Shown here: positions 1 to 10,400 of the stretch, one piece after another
Position numbering within the stretch: position 1 is the stretch's first letter
How the letters are laid out: each line of letters begins with the position of its first letter
Origin: a virus
Reading direction: 5' to 3' (one strand)
Virus record (IMG/VR): IMGVR_UViG_3300043568_000598
Coordinates: 1-64,000 of that record
DNA: 64,000 nucleotides
Translations under genes and position numbers: made by a program
The notes under the pieces: generated by a model
The model's input: the letters and a program-made list of their open reading frames with translations, nothing else
Told to the model about the DNA's origin: nothing
Databases searched by the model: none

Positions 1-23
1 ACACCGGGTAAATTGGAGAGCTA

Positions 24-1076
24 ATGGCTATCGGTCGCATTTCCGGTCAGCTCTTGAAGTCAAATCTTCTTCGCGCAGGCGAAAATTTGGCATTCGAGAC
101 AGACCTACTCTATCTAGATGTTGTGAATTCTCGAATCGGGATACGCACAGCGACCCCCACGGTTGACCTCGATGTCAACGGACACACCCGGTCTACAAAT
201 ATCACCGTAGACAATCAATTAAATGTTGGAAACTTGCACTTTACTGGTAATACTATCACCAGTGATTCCGGCACTATAAATTTTGCAGCGGCAGCAGGTG
301 AAGCCACGGTGTATCACGCAAGACTGCAGATAGACGATCTACAACTGCAGGGCAATATCATATCGACCACTGTCAGCAACAGCAGCATAGAAATCGATCC
401 CAACGGTACCGGCACAGTTAACATCATAGCCAATACCAATGTCACTGGAAATCTTGCAGTATCAGGTAATGTTAACGCTACTGGAAATATAGTTATTGGC
501 GGTAACATAACCATTGGCGATGCGCTCACAGATAATATTGTGATCAACGCCAGCATACGCAGTGACCTAGTACCAGAAACTGATAACACTTTTGATTTAG
601 GATCTCCTACATTCCGTTGGAGATCTATCTACGTCAACGAGTTTTTTACAACAGCATTGAATGTACCAACATTAGATATTGGTAATTTAATGTTTCGTGA
701 TAACGAAATTACTACCACAACTGGGTCGGATCTTTACATTGACGGTAACGGCGCAGGCGGTGTAAGACTAGGTAATTTCCGTATAGTAGATAACGTTATC
801 ACAAACGTGTCAACCAACGCTATCACGCAAATAGCACAGTCTGGCACAGGATATTTTAAGATTCAGGGCACTAATGGTTTTGTTTTTCCTAGGGGTGACG
901 ACGCTCAGAGGCCAACTGCATATGCAGTATTGGGTATGACTAGATATAACATAAACTCAAAGGCCTTAGAAGTATGGGACGGGTTAACTTGGGCATCACC
1001 AGCTGGGTCAAGCGGTGCTGTATCTGAAACCACAGCCAACGATATTTCAGCATCATTTGCTATAATGTTAGGATAA
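24..1076 (+). CDS. Putative tail/baseplate-associated structural protein (350 aa)
   Basis: Thr/Gly/Asn/Ile-rich beta-repeat sequence; C-terminal G-M-x-R-Y-N...LEVWDG..W motif typical of phage fibre proteins; GGAGAG RBS; first gene of the structural block. Confidence 0.6.
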   Translation: MAIGRISGQLLKSNLLRAGENLAFETDLLYLDVVNSRIGIRTATPTVDLDVNGHTRSTNITVDNQLNVGNLHFTGNTITSDSGTINFAAAAGEATVYHARLQIDDLQLQGNIISTTVSNSSIEIDPNGTGTVNIIANTNVTGNLAVSGNVNATGNIVIGGNITIGDALTDNIVINASIRSDLVPETDNTFDLGSPTFRWRSIYVNEFFTTALNVPTLDIGNLMFRDNEITTTTGSDLYIDGNGAGGVRLGNFRIVDNVITNVSTNAITQIAQSGTGYFKIQGTNGFVFPRGDDAQRPTAYAVLGMTRYNINSKALEVWDGLTWASPAGSSGAVSETTANDISASFAIMLG

Positions 1077-1083
1077 AAATAAA

Positions 1084-1416
1084 ATGCCAACCCTATTTAG
1101 ACACGCAGTTACAACATCAGTAGGTATTACACCTGTAGATGTGTTACAGATTCAAGAAGGAGTTAGAGCCACAGTGATTGGTTGCAACATTGCCAATGTC
1201 ACTGACTACGACACTGTGGTTGTTAACATGTATGTCGTAGATGAAAATTCCACACAGGCTACTTATGTGCGAGGTATTGTTATAGCTCCTAACAGTGCGG
1301 TCAAAGTTATTACACAAGGTGAGAAATTAATTTTACCTGCAACTTCGGGTATTCGTATTGAAGCAGATACTGAAGACAGTGTAGACATTACAATCAGTTA
1401 CGTTGAAATATCATAA
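1084..1416 (+). CDS. Small virion/fibre adaptor-like protein (110 aa)
   Basis: Compact beta-rich ORF coupled to the upstream gene; similar pattern to 14981-15301. Confidence 0.5.
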   Translation: MPTLFRHAVTTSVGITPVDVLQIQEGVRATVIGCNIANVTDYDTVVVNMYVVDENSTQATYVRGIVIAPNSAVKVITQGEKLILPATSGIRIEADTEDSVDITISYVEIS

Positions 1417-1425
1417 GGATATATT

Positions 1426-1791
1426 ATGCCAAGTACATATTATTTAGGTCAAAGCCCAGACGAAGCATTAGGAGATTCCCCAAGATATTGGTACGCTCTG
1501 CGCAGAAATCAAGACGGCGAGTTGTTTCTTTTGAGAAGCGATCAACTCAAAGACAAAGACAGTATTGAATTAAATCTCCCCGGCGCCCCACAAGAAAACT
1601 TTGAAGATTTTGAGCCAGGTGTCGACTATTTCGAAGGCATTGGCCCGGACCATGAAATAGAATATGAAAATTTGGTATGGACACAATATCGATGGGATAA
1701 TAGAAATTTATTATATTACATTGACAATCAGGGAAGATTAACACAACGAATAAATCAGGGATACACATATCCTGCAGGTACATCAAGTTAA
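1426..1791 (+). CDS. Hypothetical protein (121 aa)
   Basis: AAGGA RBS; ORF in the structural operon. Confidence 0.6.
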   Translation: MPSTYYLGQSPDEALGDSPRYWYALRRNQDGELFLLRSDQLKDKDSIELNLPGAPQENFEDFEPGVDYFEGIGPDHEIEYENLVWTQYRWDNRNLLYYIDNQGRLTQRINQGYTYPAGTSS

Positions 1792-1802
1792 CGGAATAAA
1801 TC

Positions 1803-4800
1803 ATGGCAGAATTTAAGATCAGTAGAATTAGATATACATGGCGAAATTTGTGGAGTACTACCACCGCATACAATCGAGATGACGTAGTCAAATACGGAGG
1901 ATCCACATGGATTTGCCAACGACAGCACACTGCATCTGCATTTGCCACCGATCAAATATATCTAGCTAATCCAGGCGACACAGCCCCAACTCCAGCTTGG
2001 TTCAAGATGACCGACGGCAATGAATGGAGAGGAACTTGGGTCGGCCCTTCGAGATTATATAATCCAGGCGACCTTGCTCTTTACGGCGGCATAATATATC
2101 TATGTGTGACCAGTCATACTTCACAGTCTACATTTGATGCCAGTCTTGCAAATTGGGCTGTGTATCTTTCTTCAGATAATTGGCGCTCAGCATGGGCTCC
2201 GTCTACACGATATGGGCAGGGAGACATAGTAAGATACAACGGTATAGTCTATCGCTGTATAGTAGGTCATACCTCTGGTACCACATCACAAGGTCTTGAG
2301 ATAGGCAACAATGATACTGAGGATGACAGCACGGGTGAACTATGGCAAGTCTATTACGAAGGCATTCAATATGTAGGTGAATGGGCCGCTGCTACGCGAT
2401 ACAGACTTAACGATCTTGTGAAATACGGAGGCAGTGTTCTTCGCTGCGTAGTCGGACACACTGCCGGCGGAAGTATCACTAATGCTAATTTTGTTACAGA
2501 ATTTCTTGGACAGAATTTTTACGACACATGGTCGGCCTCGGTATACTATGCTATTGGAGACATCGTTCGACACGGTGGATATCTCTACGTAGCTGCTGCA
2601 AATAATTATGCCAGTGCTATTCCGCCAGAAGCCGCTGCGACTTGGAGGGTGCTATCTAAAGCAGTTAATTTTATAGGTACATGGAGTGCTGATGTAGATT
2701 ATAAGATAGGTGATGTTGTACGTCGTGGTGGAAATTTATATATTGCCACAGCAGATACCACCAGTGACGGCAGCTCACTAGATTACCTAGATGCAGGAAA
2801 TTGGGAAATAGTCACTGTAGGACAACAGTGGCGCGGTGGCTGGTCCGAAGATGAGGCATACAGTGTCAACGATGCTGTGTTATTTCTTGGCAACACCTAC
2901 GTCTGTAACGTTGAACACACTTCCACAGATCAAAATTTCCCAGGCGATAACGGATCCGGTTTCTTCTATTGGGATTTAGTACTGCAAGCCGGTCAACCTT
3001 CCGGCATGTTTCAACGAGGCGATTTATTAAGTTATGATCTTTCGAGATCGTTACAGGCTGACGGCAGTACGTTTGGTCCTGCAGCAGTACATATAGGATC
3101 AGAAAATCAAGTTGTAATAGTCAACGACCAAAACAGTGTTGACTATGCGTTCTGGGGCGACCTAGCCAGGGTAAAATATGTAAGTTTGGACGGAGTTGAT
3201 GACAACACAGATCCAGAACGTGGTACCAGCCAGTTTCTTCCTTGGAGAACCATACGCTATGCCTGCGAACAAGTAGACGACGGGTTTGCTGGCCACACCA
3301 CTATCAAGGTTGCTGTGGGAGAATACGTAGAAGTAACTCCGATTATAGTTCCACGACGAACTGTGGTGCTAGGAGCAGAACTTAGATCAACTACAATCAA
3401 ACCAGCGCCAGCTAATCCTGCTCTAGCTCAAGACAGCACATATGTCGCAGCATATCTCACACATATTTCTAATTTTATGGGATCATTGCTGCTTGGAAAT
3501 TCAATTACTCCTAGTCCTAATAATAGTGTAGCTCAAGTTCTTCCTCAACCTAGACAGATACAAACAGGGGTTGATGTTGTCAACATGCCGATCTTCACAA
3601 CTAATCCCGGAACCTCTGATGCTGGAACAGTTACCCAAATAAGAAATCTCATAACCAATATCAAAGGTTATATTGCATTCTTTGTAGACAGTACTGGATC
3701 TAATCCCACAGTCACTGGATCTAATACACAGTCTACAGACAACAATAAAATAAATGCCACAATTATTTTAGAAAACAACAAGTCTTTTATTGTAGCAGAA
3801 GCAGTTGCTTATCTTGATCTGTTTTATGCCAATTATGATATAGATCCACAACTGGTAAACACCATTGTACGTTCTTTCATCGATGCATGGAAATATGATA
3901 TTATCTATACCGGAAACTACAAATCTTTATTTGCTGCCCGCTATTATAGAAATGCTGTTTTAGGATGTACCGAGACAGAAGATATGTTCTACGTGAGAGA
4001 TGCTACAGGTATTAGAAACTGCACTCTCAAAGGCATAGAATCAGAGTTAAACCCGCCAGTGGCGTTTGATCTTTATCAACTGCCGTTGGGCGGAGCATAT
4101 GTGTCATTAGATCCTGGATGGGGACCTGCAGACACCCGTGTATGGATCACCACTCGCTCACCATACATTCAAGGTGTTACTACTATTGGTACTGGATGTA
4201 TTGGCCAAAAAGTCGACGGCGCTCTGCACAATGGCGGCAATCGATCTATAGTTAGCAACGACTTTACACAGGTTCTCAGCGATGGTATTGGTGCATGGGT
4301 GTTGAACAATGCTAGAGCTGAATTGGTATCTGTGTTCTCATATTATGCACACATCGGTTACCTAGCACAAGACGGTGGTATAATCAGAGCCACTAACGGC
4401 AACTCGTCATACGGAACATACGGAGCAATTGCAGACGGCATCGACGCTACTGAAGTTCCAGTAATTGCAAGAAATTATACCAGAGCACAACAGGCCATAG
4501 TAGCAGCAGCATTTGCCGGGGACTTTGTTGACGAAATACAGATTTTAGAATGGAACAACGCCGGCCAAGACTATTCCAGTGCAACTGCTACCTTTGTTGG
4601 AGCTGGTGTTAACGCTAACGTAGTGTTTGAAGATTTCCGCGACGATGCAGTATTTCAAGCAAGATTAATAGATGCCAATGCCGGTACTGCACAAATTGCG
4701 CAGGCCATAGGTGGCGGCGGGTACAGTGTCGTACAAAATAATGCTCAGACTGGCGATGCTACCACTATTACATTAGCCACTGCTGATCCAAATTCTATTG

Positions 4801-7391
4801 CTGAATATCTTGGCATGCGAATTATCATTACCAGCGGTGCAGGCACCGGGCAGTATGGATATATCACGGCATATAATAATGTTACTAAAGTATTAACTGT
4901 GGCTAGAGAATCTGATGATCAACCGGGATGGGATCATGTTATTCCAGGCAAACCTGCTACTGTTCCATTGTTAACAAATACCGTGTATAGAATTGAACCA
5001 AGAGTGATATTTTCAGCACCCGCATATTCAGCCACACAGATCACAGTGCCTGTGAATACTATATGGTCTGAAATCATCTACGGTGAAACCACAGAAACAT
5101 ACACTAATATAGCAGTTAACGAATCTGGTACAGGTACTACTATAGATGTGGCAGCAGCATTAGCTACATTTAATGTCGTAAAACAAGGTAGAGACTACAC
5201 AATTACAATCAATAATAGCGGTGCAGGCTACGAAGCAGGCCAATTATTAACTATTGACGGGGATCTTATAGGCGGTGCAACACCAATCAACGACCTACTG
5301 ATTTTAGTAACCACGGTCAGCGATGACAGTACCAACTCAATTCTAACTGCACAACAAAAAACTTATGGCACAGGCGAAGACAATGAAGCTGCCAGCGGAA
5401 GATTTGTTGTTGTGTCTACTGGCGGTAGTGCTGCTCTTTACAGTGAAGACGGTACTACCTGGACTGATTTTAACATGCCCACTTCCGGAGACTGGAAGTG
5501 TTTGGCAGCAGGGCGAGTTCGTTATCCAGCTTTAGGAAATCACATATTCGTAGCGATACGTACAGGCAGCTCAGTAGCCGCCAGTTCTACAGACGGTATC
5601 ACCTGGGCCACCAGAGCCATGCCAGCATCGAGACAGTGGAATTCTGCGATCTACGGTGGCGGACTATTTATTGCTGTGGCTACAAATTCAAACTCGGCTG
5701 CATACAGTCTCAACGGTACAAGCTGGAGCACGGTAACACTACCTACATTTGGCGACTCTACACTAAACGAATGGGTAGATGTGGCCTACGGCAAAAACAG
5801 ATATGTGGTATTAGCCAACACTGCAAATACTGTGGCAGTAGGCACCTACAATTCCACGTTAAACACTTGGTCGTGGACTGGCTATATCATGGACGTGGTT
5901 GAAGACTCTAGTTCTAAAGATTGGGTCAGCATTGCCTATGGCAACGATAGATTTGTTGCAATATCCAATACAGGTGACGTGGCATATAGTTTTGATGGAG
6001 CGACCTGGTTGCCTGCTACCATGCCATCACAGGACGGAAGTACAGCACACAATTGGAAGAAGATTCGTTATGCACAGGGTGTGTTCTTTGCTATAGGTGA
6101 TACTGGTGCCCGCAACATCGGTGCCGATCCGACAGCTGGACCTTCAAACTATGCAGCACAATCTATAGATGGCGTAGTGTGGACTTCAAGAACGTTAGCT
6201 TCTTCTAAAGAATGGGTCAGCGTGGCATTTGGTAATCCTTATGTAGACTCTAGAGATTCTACAGTAGGTAAAAGCACACCGATGTGGATAGCCATAGACA
6301 ACACAGATACATTTAACAAGATACAGACCGGTGCAAGAGCAATGGGTCGAGTTACTGTGAGTTCCGGTATTATTCGTTCAGTGAAACTGTGGGATCCAGG
6401 TTCAGGATATACAGAAGGGCCTACATGTACATTTGTTGATCCTAACAACGGGTCTGACGCTCGCATCGAAGTTCGAACAGCTGACGGAGTTATAGGCAGC
6501 ACCAGTTGGATCAACCGAGGACTGGGATATCGCACTCAAAGTACCTCAGTCACAGTTTCAGGCAACGGATTTTCAGACGTGATACCTTCTGGTAAATTTA
6601 TTGTTATAAACGATTTGCTTGCATATCCTGGTCCCGGAGCTAACTTGACTATTGCAGGATTGTCCGGATCATATACACTGGTAGCTATCACTGAGATAGG
6701 CCAGACAGATAGAGGACTGGCAGCATTAATTCGCGTATCACCAGAAATCAAAGTTCGCGATAATCTATCACATCTAACAGAAATAACCATTAGAACTAGA
6801 TTTAGTCAATGCCGTATTACAGGACATGATTTCTTAGATGTAGGTACTGGTAATTTTGAAGAAACTAATTATCCAGAGTTATATTCTGGGTTCTATACTC
6901 CTGCTCCGGAAAACGAAGTTGTAGAACTAGATCGTGGCAGAGTATTTTACACTTCAACTGATCAAAGCGGTAACTTTAGAACTGGTGAACTGTTTGCGGT
7001 TGAGCAGGCTACAGGTATTGTTACCATTAGTTCAGATTTCTTTGATCTGGGAGGATTATCAGAACTAAGATTAGGCGGTATTAGAGTAGGCGGAACAGGT
7101 GCGGTAGTTAGAGAATTTTCTACAGACCCGTTGTTCACAGCAGATTCTAATAACATTGTACCTACCCAGCGAGCAATTAAAGCATACCTTGCTGGAAGAC
7201 TAAGTATTGGTGGATCAGAAATAGCGGTAGGTAGTTTTATTGCTGGTACTGTATTAGTAGGACCAGATAGATTTAACAACACAGCTAATATAAAAATCAT
7301 AGTACCAACAAGGGCAGAATTTGACAGTGCAAATTCAGGAATAAGTGGTATGATGTTGGCACAGACAATGTTTTACAAGTCGTTTAGATGA
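1803..7391 (+). CDS. Giant virion/tail-fibre-like protein (1862 aa)
   Basis: N-terminal Trp-rich repeats (W...Y..GD.V.YGG..Y.C...HT, CBM5/12-like); central beta-helix-like region; BNR/propeller-like repeats (W..IAYG..RFVA); paralogue of 7430-14959. Confidence 0.75.
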   Translation: MAEFKISRIRYTWRNLWSTTTAYNRDDVVKYGGSTWICQRQHTASAFATDQIYLANPGDTAPTPAWFKMTDGNEWRGTWVGPSRLYNPGDLALYGGIIYLCVTSHTSQSTFDASLANWAVYLSSDNWRSAWAPSTRYGQGDIVRYNGIVYRCIVGHTSGTTSQGLEIGNNDTEDDSTGELWQVYYEGIQYVGEWAAATRYRLNDLVKYGGSVLRCVVGHTAGGSITNANFVTEFLGQNFYDTWSASVYYAIGDIVRHGGYLYVAAANNYASAIPPEAAATWRVLSKAVNFIGTWSADVDYKIGDVVRRGGNLYIATADTTSDGSSLDYLDAGNWEIVTVGQQWRGGWSEDEAYSVNDAVLFLGNTYVCNVEHTSTDQNFPGDNGSGFFYWDLVLQAGQPSGMFQRGDLLSYDLSRSLQADGSTFGPAAVHIGSENQVVIVNDQNSVDYAFWGDLARVKYVSLDGVDDNTDPERGTSQFLPWRTIRYACEQVDDGFAGHTTIKVAVGEYVEVTPIIVPRRTVVLGAELRSTTIKPAPANPALAQDSTYVAAYLTHISNFMGSLLLGNSITPSPNNSVAQVLPQPRQIQTGVDVVNMPIFTTNPGTSDAGTVTQIRNLITNIKGYIAFFVDSTGSNPTVTGSNTQSTDNNKINATIILENNKSFIVAEAVAYLDLFYANYDIDPQLVNTIVRSFIDAWKYDIIYTGNYKSLFAARYYRNAVLGCTETEDMFYVRDATGIRNCTLKGIESELNPPVAFDLYQLPLGGAYVSLDPGWGPADTRVWITTRSPYIQGVTTIGTGCIGQKVDGALHNGGNRSIVSNDFTQVLSDGIGAWVLNNARAELVSVFSYYAHIGYLAQDGGIIRATNGNSSYGTYGAIADGIDATEVPVIARNYTRAQQAIVAAAFAGDFVDEIQILEWNNAGQDYSSATATFVGAGVNANVVFEDFRDDAVFQARLIDANAGTAQIAQAIGGGGYSVVQNNAQTGDATTITLATADPNSIAEYLGMRIIITSGAGTGQYGYITAYNNVTKVLTVARESDDQPGWDHVIPGKPATVPLLTNTVYRIEPRVIFSAPAYSATQITVPVNTIWSEIIYGETTETYTNIAVNESGTGTTIDVAAALATFNVVKQGRDYTITINNSGAGYEAGQLLTIDGDLIGGATPINDLLILVTTVSDDSTNSILTAQQKTYGTGEDNEAASGRFVVVSTGGSAALYSEDGTTWTDFNMPTSGDWKCLAAGRVRYPALGNHIFVAIRTGSSVAASSTDGITWATRAMPASRQWNSAIYGGGLFIAVATNSNSAAYSLNGTSWSTVTLPTFGDSTLNEWVDVAYGKNRYVVLANTANTVAVGTYNSTLNTWSWTGYIMDVVEDSSSKDWVSIAYGNDRFVAISNTGDVAYSFDGATWLPATMPSQDGSTAHNWKKIRYAQGVFFAIGDTGARNIGADPTAGPSNYAAQSIDGVVWTSRTLASSKEWVSVAFGNPYVDSRDSTVGKSTPMWIAIDNTDTFNKIQTGARAMGRVTVSSGIIRSVKLWDPGSGYTEGPTCTFVDPNNGSDARIEVRTADGVIGSTSWINRGLGYRTQSTSVTVSGNGFSDVIPSGKFIVINDLLAYPGPGANLTIAGLSGSYTLVAITEIGQTDRGLAALIRVSPEIKVRDNLSHLTEITIRTRFSQCRITGHDFLDVGTGNFEETNYPELYSGFYTPAPENEVVELDRGRVFYTSTDQSGNFRTGELFAVEQATGIVTISSDFFDLGGLSELRLGGIRVGGTGAVVREFSTDPLFTADSNNIVPTQRAIKAYLAGRLSIGGSEIAVGSFIAGTVLVGPDRFNNTANIKIIVPTRAEFDSANSGISGMMLAQTMFYKSFR

Positions 7392-7405
7392 TTTACGTAA
7401 CAAAC

Positions 7406-7411
7406 TAAATA
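7406..7411 (+). promoter_or_regulatory. T4-type late promoter core TAAATA
   Basis: CTAAATA upstream of a GGAG RBS and the ATG at 7430. Confidence 0.6.
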
Positions 7412-7429
7412 TAGAATACGGAGTAGAAA

Positions 7430-10400
7430 ATGGCAGAATTTAAATTAGGTAGAATCAGATTTGTTTGGAAAAACACATGGTCTCCAACCACCACCTATTA
7501 CATAGATGATGTAGTAAGGCACGGTGGCCGCACATACATCTGTGCGGTAGGGCACACTTCTGCTTCGGATTTCAACACAGATTTAGAATACAATCCAACC
7601 AAATGGAATCAGATGAGCGACGGTCAAAGTTGGACCGGCGATTGGAATGTGTCGACGTTGTATAAACTGAACGATGTGGTCAAGTACGGTGGTGTACTTT
7701 ACATCTGTAACGACAGTCACACTTCTGCAGCTACAACAGCGTCTGGGTTGGAAGCAGATCAAGCCAAATGGACTTTGTATGCAGAAGGATTTGATTGGAA
7801 AAACGATTGGACAGTGGCTACTCGCTACAAAGTAAATGATCTAGTTCAATACGGCGGATATACTTATGTGTGTAATCTTTACCATACTTCTGCTGCAACC
7901 ACAGCACTGGGCCTAGAAGCAGATCAAGCCAAATGGGATACCTTCAACCAAGGAATAGAATACAAAGGCACATGGACCACTGCTGTTAGATATAAAGTCA
8001 ACGATGTAGTAAAATACGGTGCTGGATTATGGATCTGTGTTACTCAACATACTGCAGATGCGGCATTCTTAACAGACAGCACCGCAGGTCGTTGGAGTCA
8101 ATTCACCGAAGGCACAGAATTTGAAGATACATGGAATAATGCAACTCTGTATCAGCCAGGTGACATTGTACGATATGGCGGAAATCAATACATTGCAAAA
8201 ACTGTGCATACTGCTGTGGATGCTACAGAAACACCTACAACACAACCGTCAAGATGGGATCTGTATACAGAAGGGTTTAAATTTCAATCTGCGTGGGCAA
8301 ATACCACATCATATAAGATAGGCGAAGTAGTCAGCATAGGCGGCTATACCTATTTGGCCGCACAAGATTCTCCTTCAAATACTTACACTGTTACAGCAGT
8401 AACAGCATCTACTGACACATTTACTATAGCCTCAACCGCAGGTATAGTAGTGGGTATGGCAGTAAGATTTACTGGCACAACATTTGGTAATGTGTTTACC
8501 ACATCTAGGTATTATGTAAAAACAGTAGCAGCAGGTAATATTACTGTATCAACAACCCCAGGCGGTACAACATTTAATATCACAGCCGACGCCAGCGGCA
8601 CAATGACTGCAACAGTTTCTGCAGAACCACCAAACACCACATACTGGTCAAGACTCAATGCCGGTATCAGTTGGCAAGGTCTATGGTCAGATGACCGAGA
8701 TTATCTGCTAGGTGATGCTGTAAGATTTGGCGCAAATGCCTACATATGTTTATTAGCTCATAGGTCAGAAGGTGATGACGGATCCACAGTGGGTGCAACA
8801 GGTGGCGGACAGGCCAACAGCAGACCCGATCAAGATAGTACAGGCACATACTGGAGCCTATTAAGTGTGGGATCCGAAACTGATATTCTGTCAGTTCGTG
8901 GAGATTTGGTCTATTACAGCGGATCCGGTCCTACTAGATTACCTGTTGGACGTGAAGGTCAAGTATTAACCTCTAACGGTACCGATCCAGAATGGGTTAC
9001 TTTAGGTGAAGTAGATCACACATATTTTGTAGCACCTACAGGCGTTGATTTACCATCACCAGTACACGGCAAAACTTGGGACAAACCATTTAAGACCATT
9101 CGCTATGCTTGTGAACAAGTAGAACGTGGTCCTAGAAATCCCGATGCACGATATCTATTAGAACTGAACCGGGTATTTGTTCAACGTGAAGTCACAGAAT
9201 TTATTCAGCGCCAGATCACAACTGCCGGAGTTGGAAGTATTTGGGAAAGTTTTGACTACGATGATTTCAAATGCGAGCGAGATGTAGGCTTTACATTAGA
9301 TGCTGTGATCTATGATCTGTGCCATGGCGGTAATGTTAAATCACGCGGTGTTGCTAATTCATTGATTGGCGGACTCAGCGAAGGTGAAACAGAAGCATAT
9401 CCAGGATTAGCCATTGAAGGCGATCAATCAGTAGCTGCCTACAACTACATGCTCACAGTTGTTGGCAATGTTTTAGCACAGACAGCTCCAACAATAAATT
9501 ATCAGACACTGAACGGCGATAATTCCACTGCTACAGTGGCTCAATATTTTAACAGCAATCTTACAGCAGAAGCTGAAGCATTAGCCACAGTAACAGCATC
9601 AGTTACACTGATCACTAATGCAATCACCGCACGAGCAGCAGCAGTTACAGCACCTCAGATAGCAGCAGCTATAGCTTCTGTGCCAGCAAGACGTAGTCCT
9701 AGCAATCTAATCAATATAGCTACAGGACAGTATCGTGAAACACTACCGATCATTGTGCCAGAACAGACCTGTGTACAAGGTGACGAACTGCGTTCAACTA
9801 ACGCAGGACCTGCAGGTAGCCTGACTAACAGATCTGATGCAGGATACAGCGTAGGTGCATTGACTAGATTACAAACAGTGGTTGATCAAATCGTACGAGG
9901 CGCCAACGTTACAGAAAGTTCAGGTAATACCGCAGTTCAAAGCGCAGCATTTCCATACGCCAGTACCGAAGAAGCTGCAGATGCAGCACAGTTGGTCAGA
10001 GTCATGCAGCATCAAATTGATTTTAAGATCAGCTCTACATTCATGGAGAGTTCTGCAGACCCTACAGGATATAATACATCATTCTTAACAGGATTTGGCG
10101 ATGCAAGAGCACTGCTTCGTGAAAACAAAGAATTTATCAAAGAAGAAATCACTGCATTTTTGACAGTAAACTATCCTACAGTAAAGTACAGCAGAACCAA
10201 ATGCAAACGTGATGTGGCGTTTATCGTTGATGCTATGGGCTATGATTTGACCTATGGCGGTAACTGGGCTACTTTAGTAGCTGGCACAGCCTACTTTGAC
10301 GGCGATAACAGCACAGCATTACAGATTGACAGCACAGAAATCGCAGCCACAGTAGCCGCTTACGGCAGATTAAAGACTGTGGTGCAGGCGATTATTGCTA

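Noticed and set aside
1803-8900. CRISPR-like or DNA tandem repeats
   Set aside because: The repeats are degenerate protein-level repeats inside ORFs, not identical repeats with spacers
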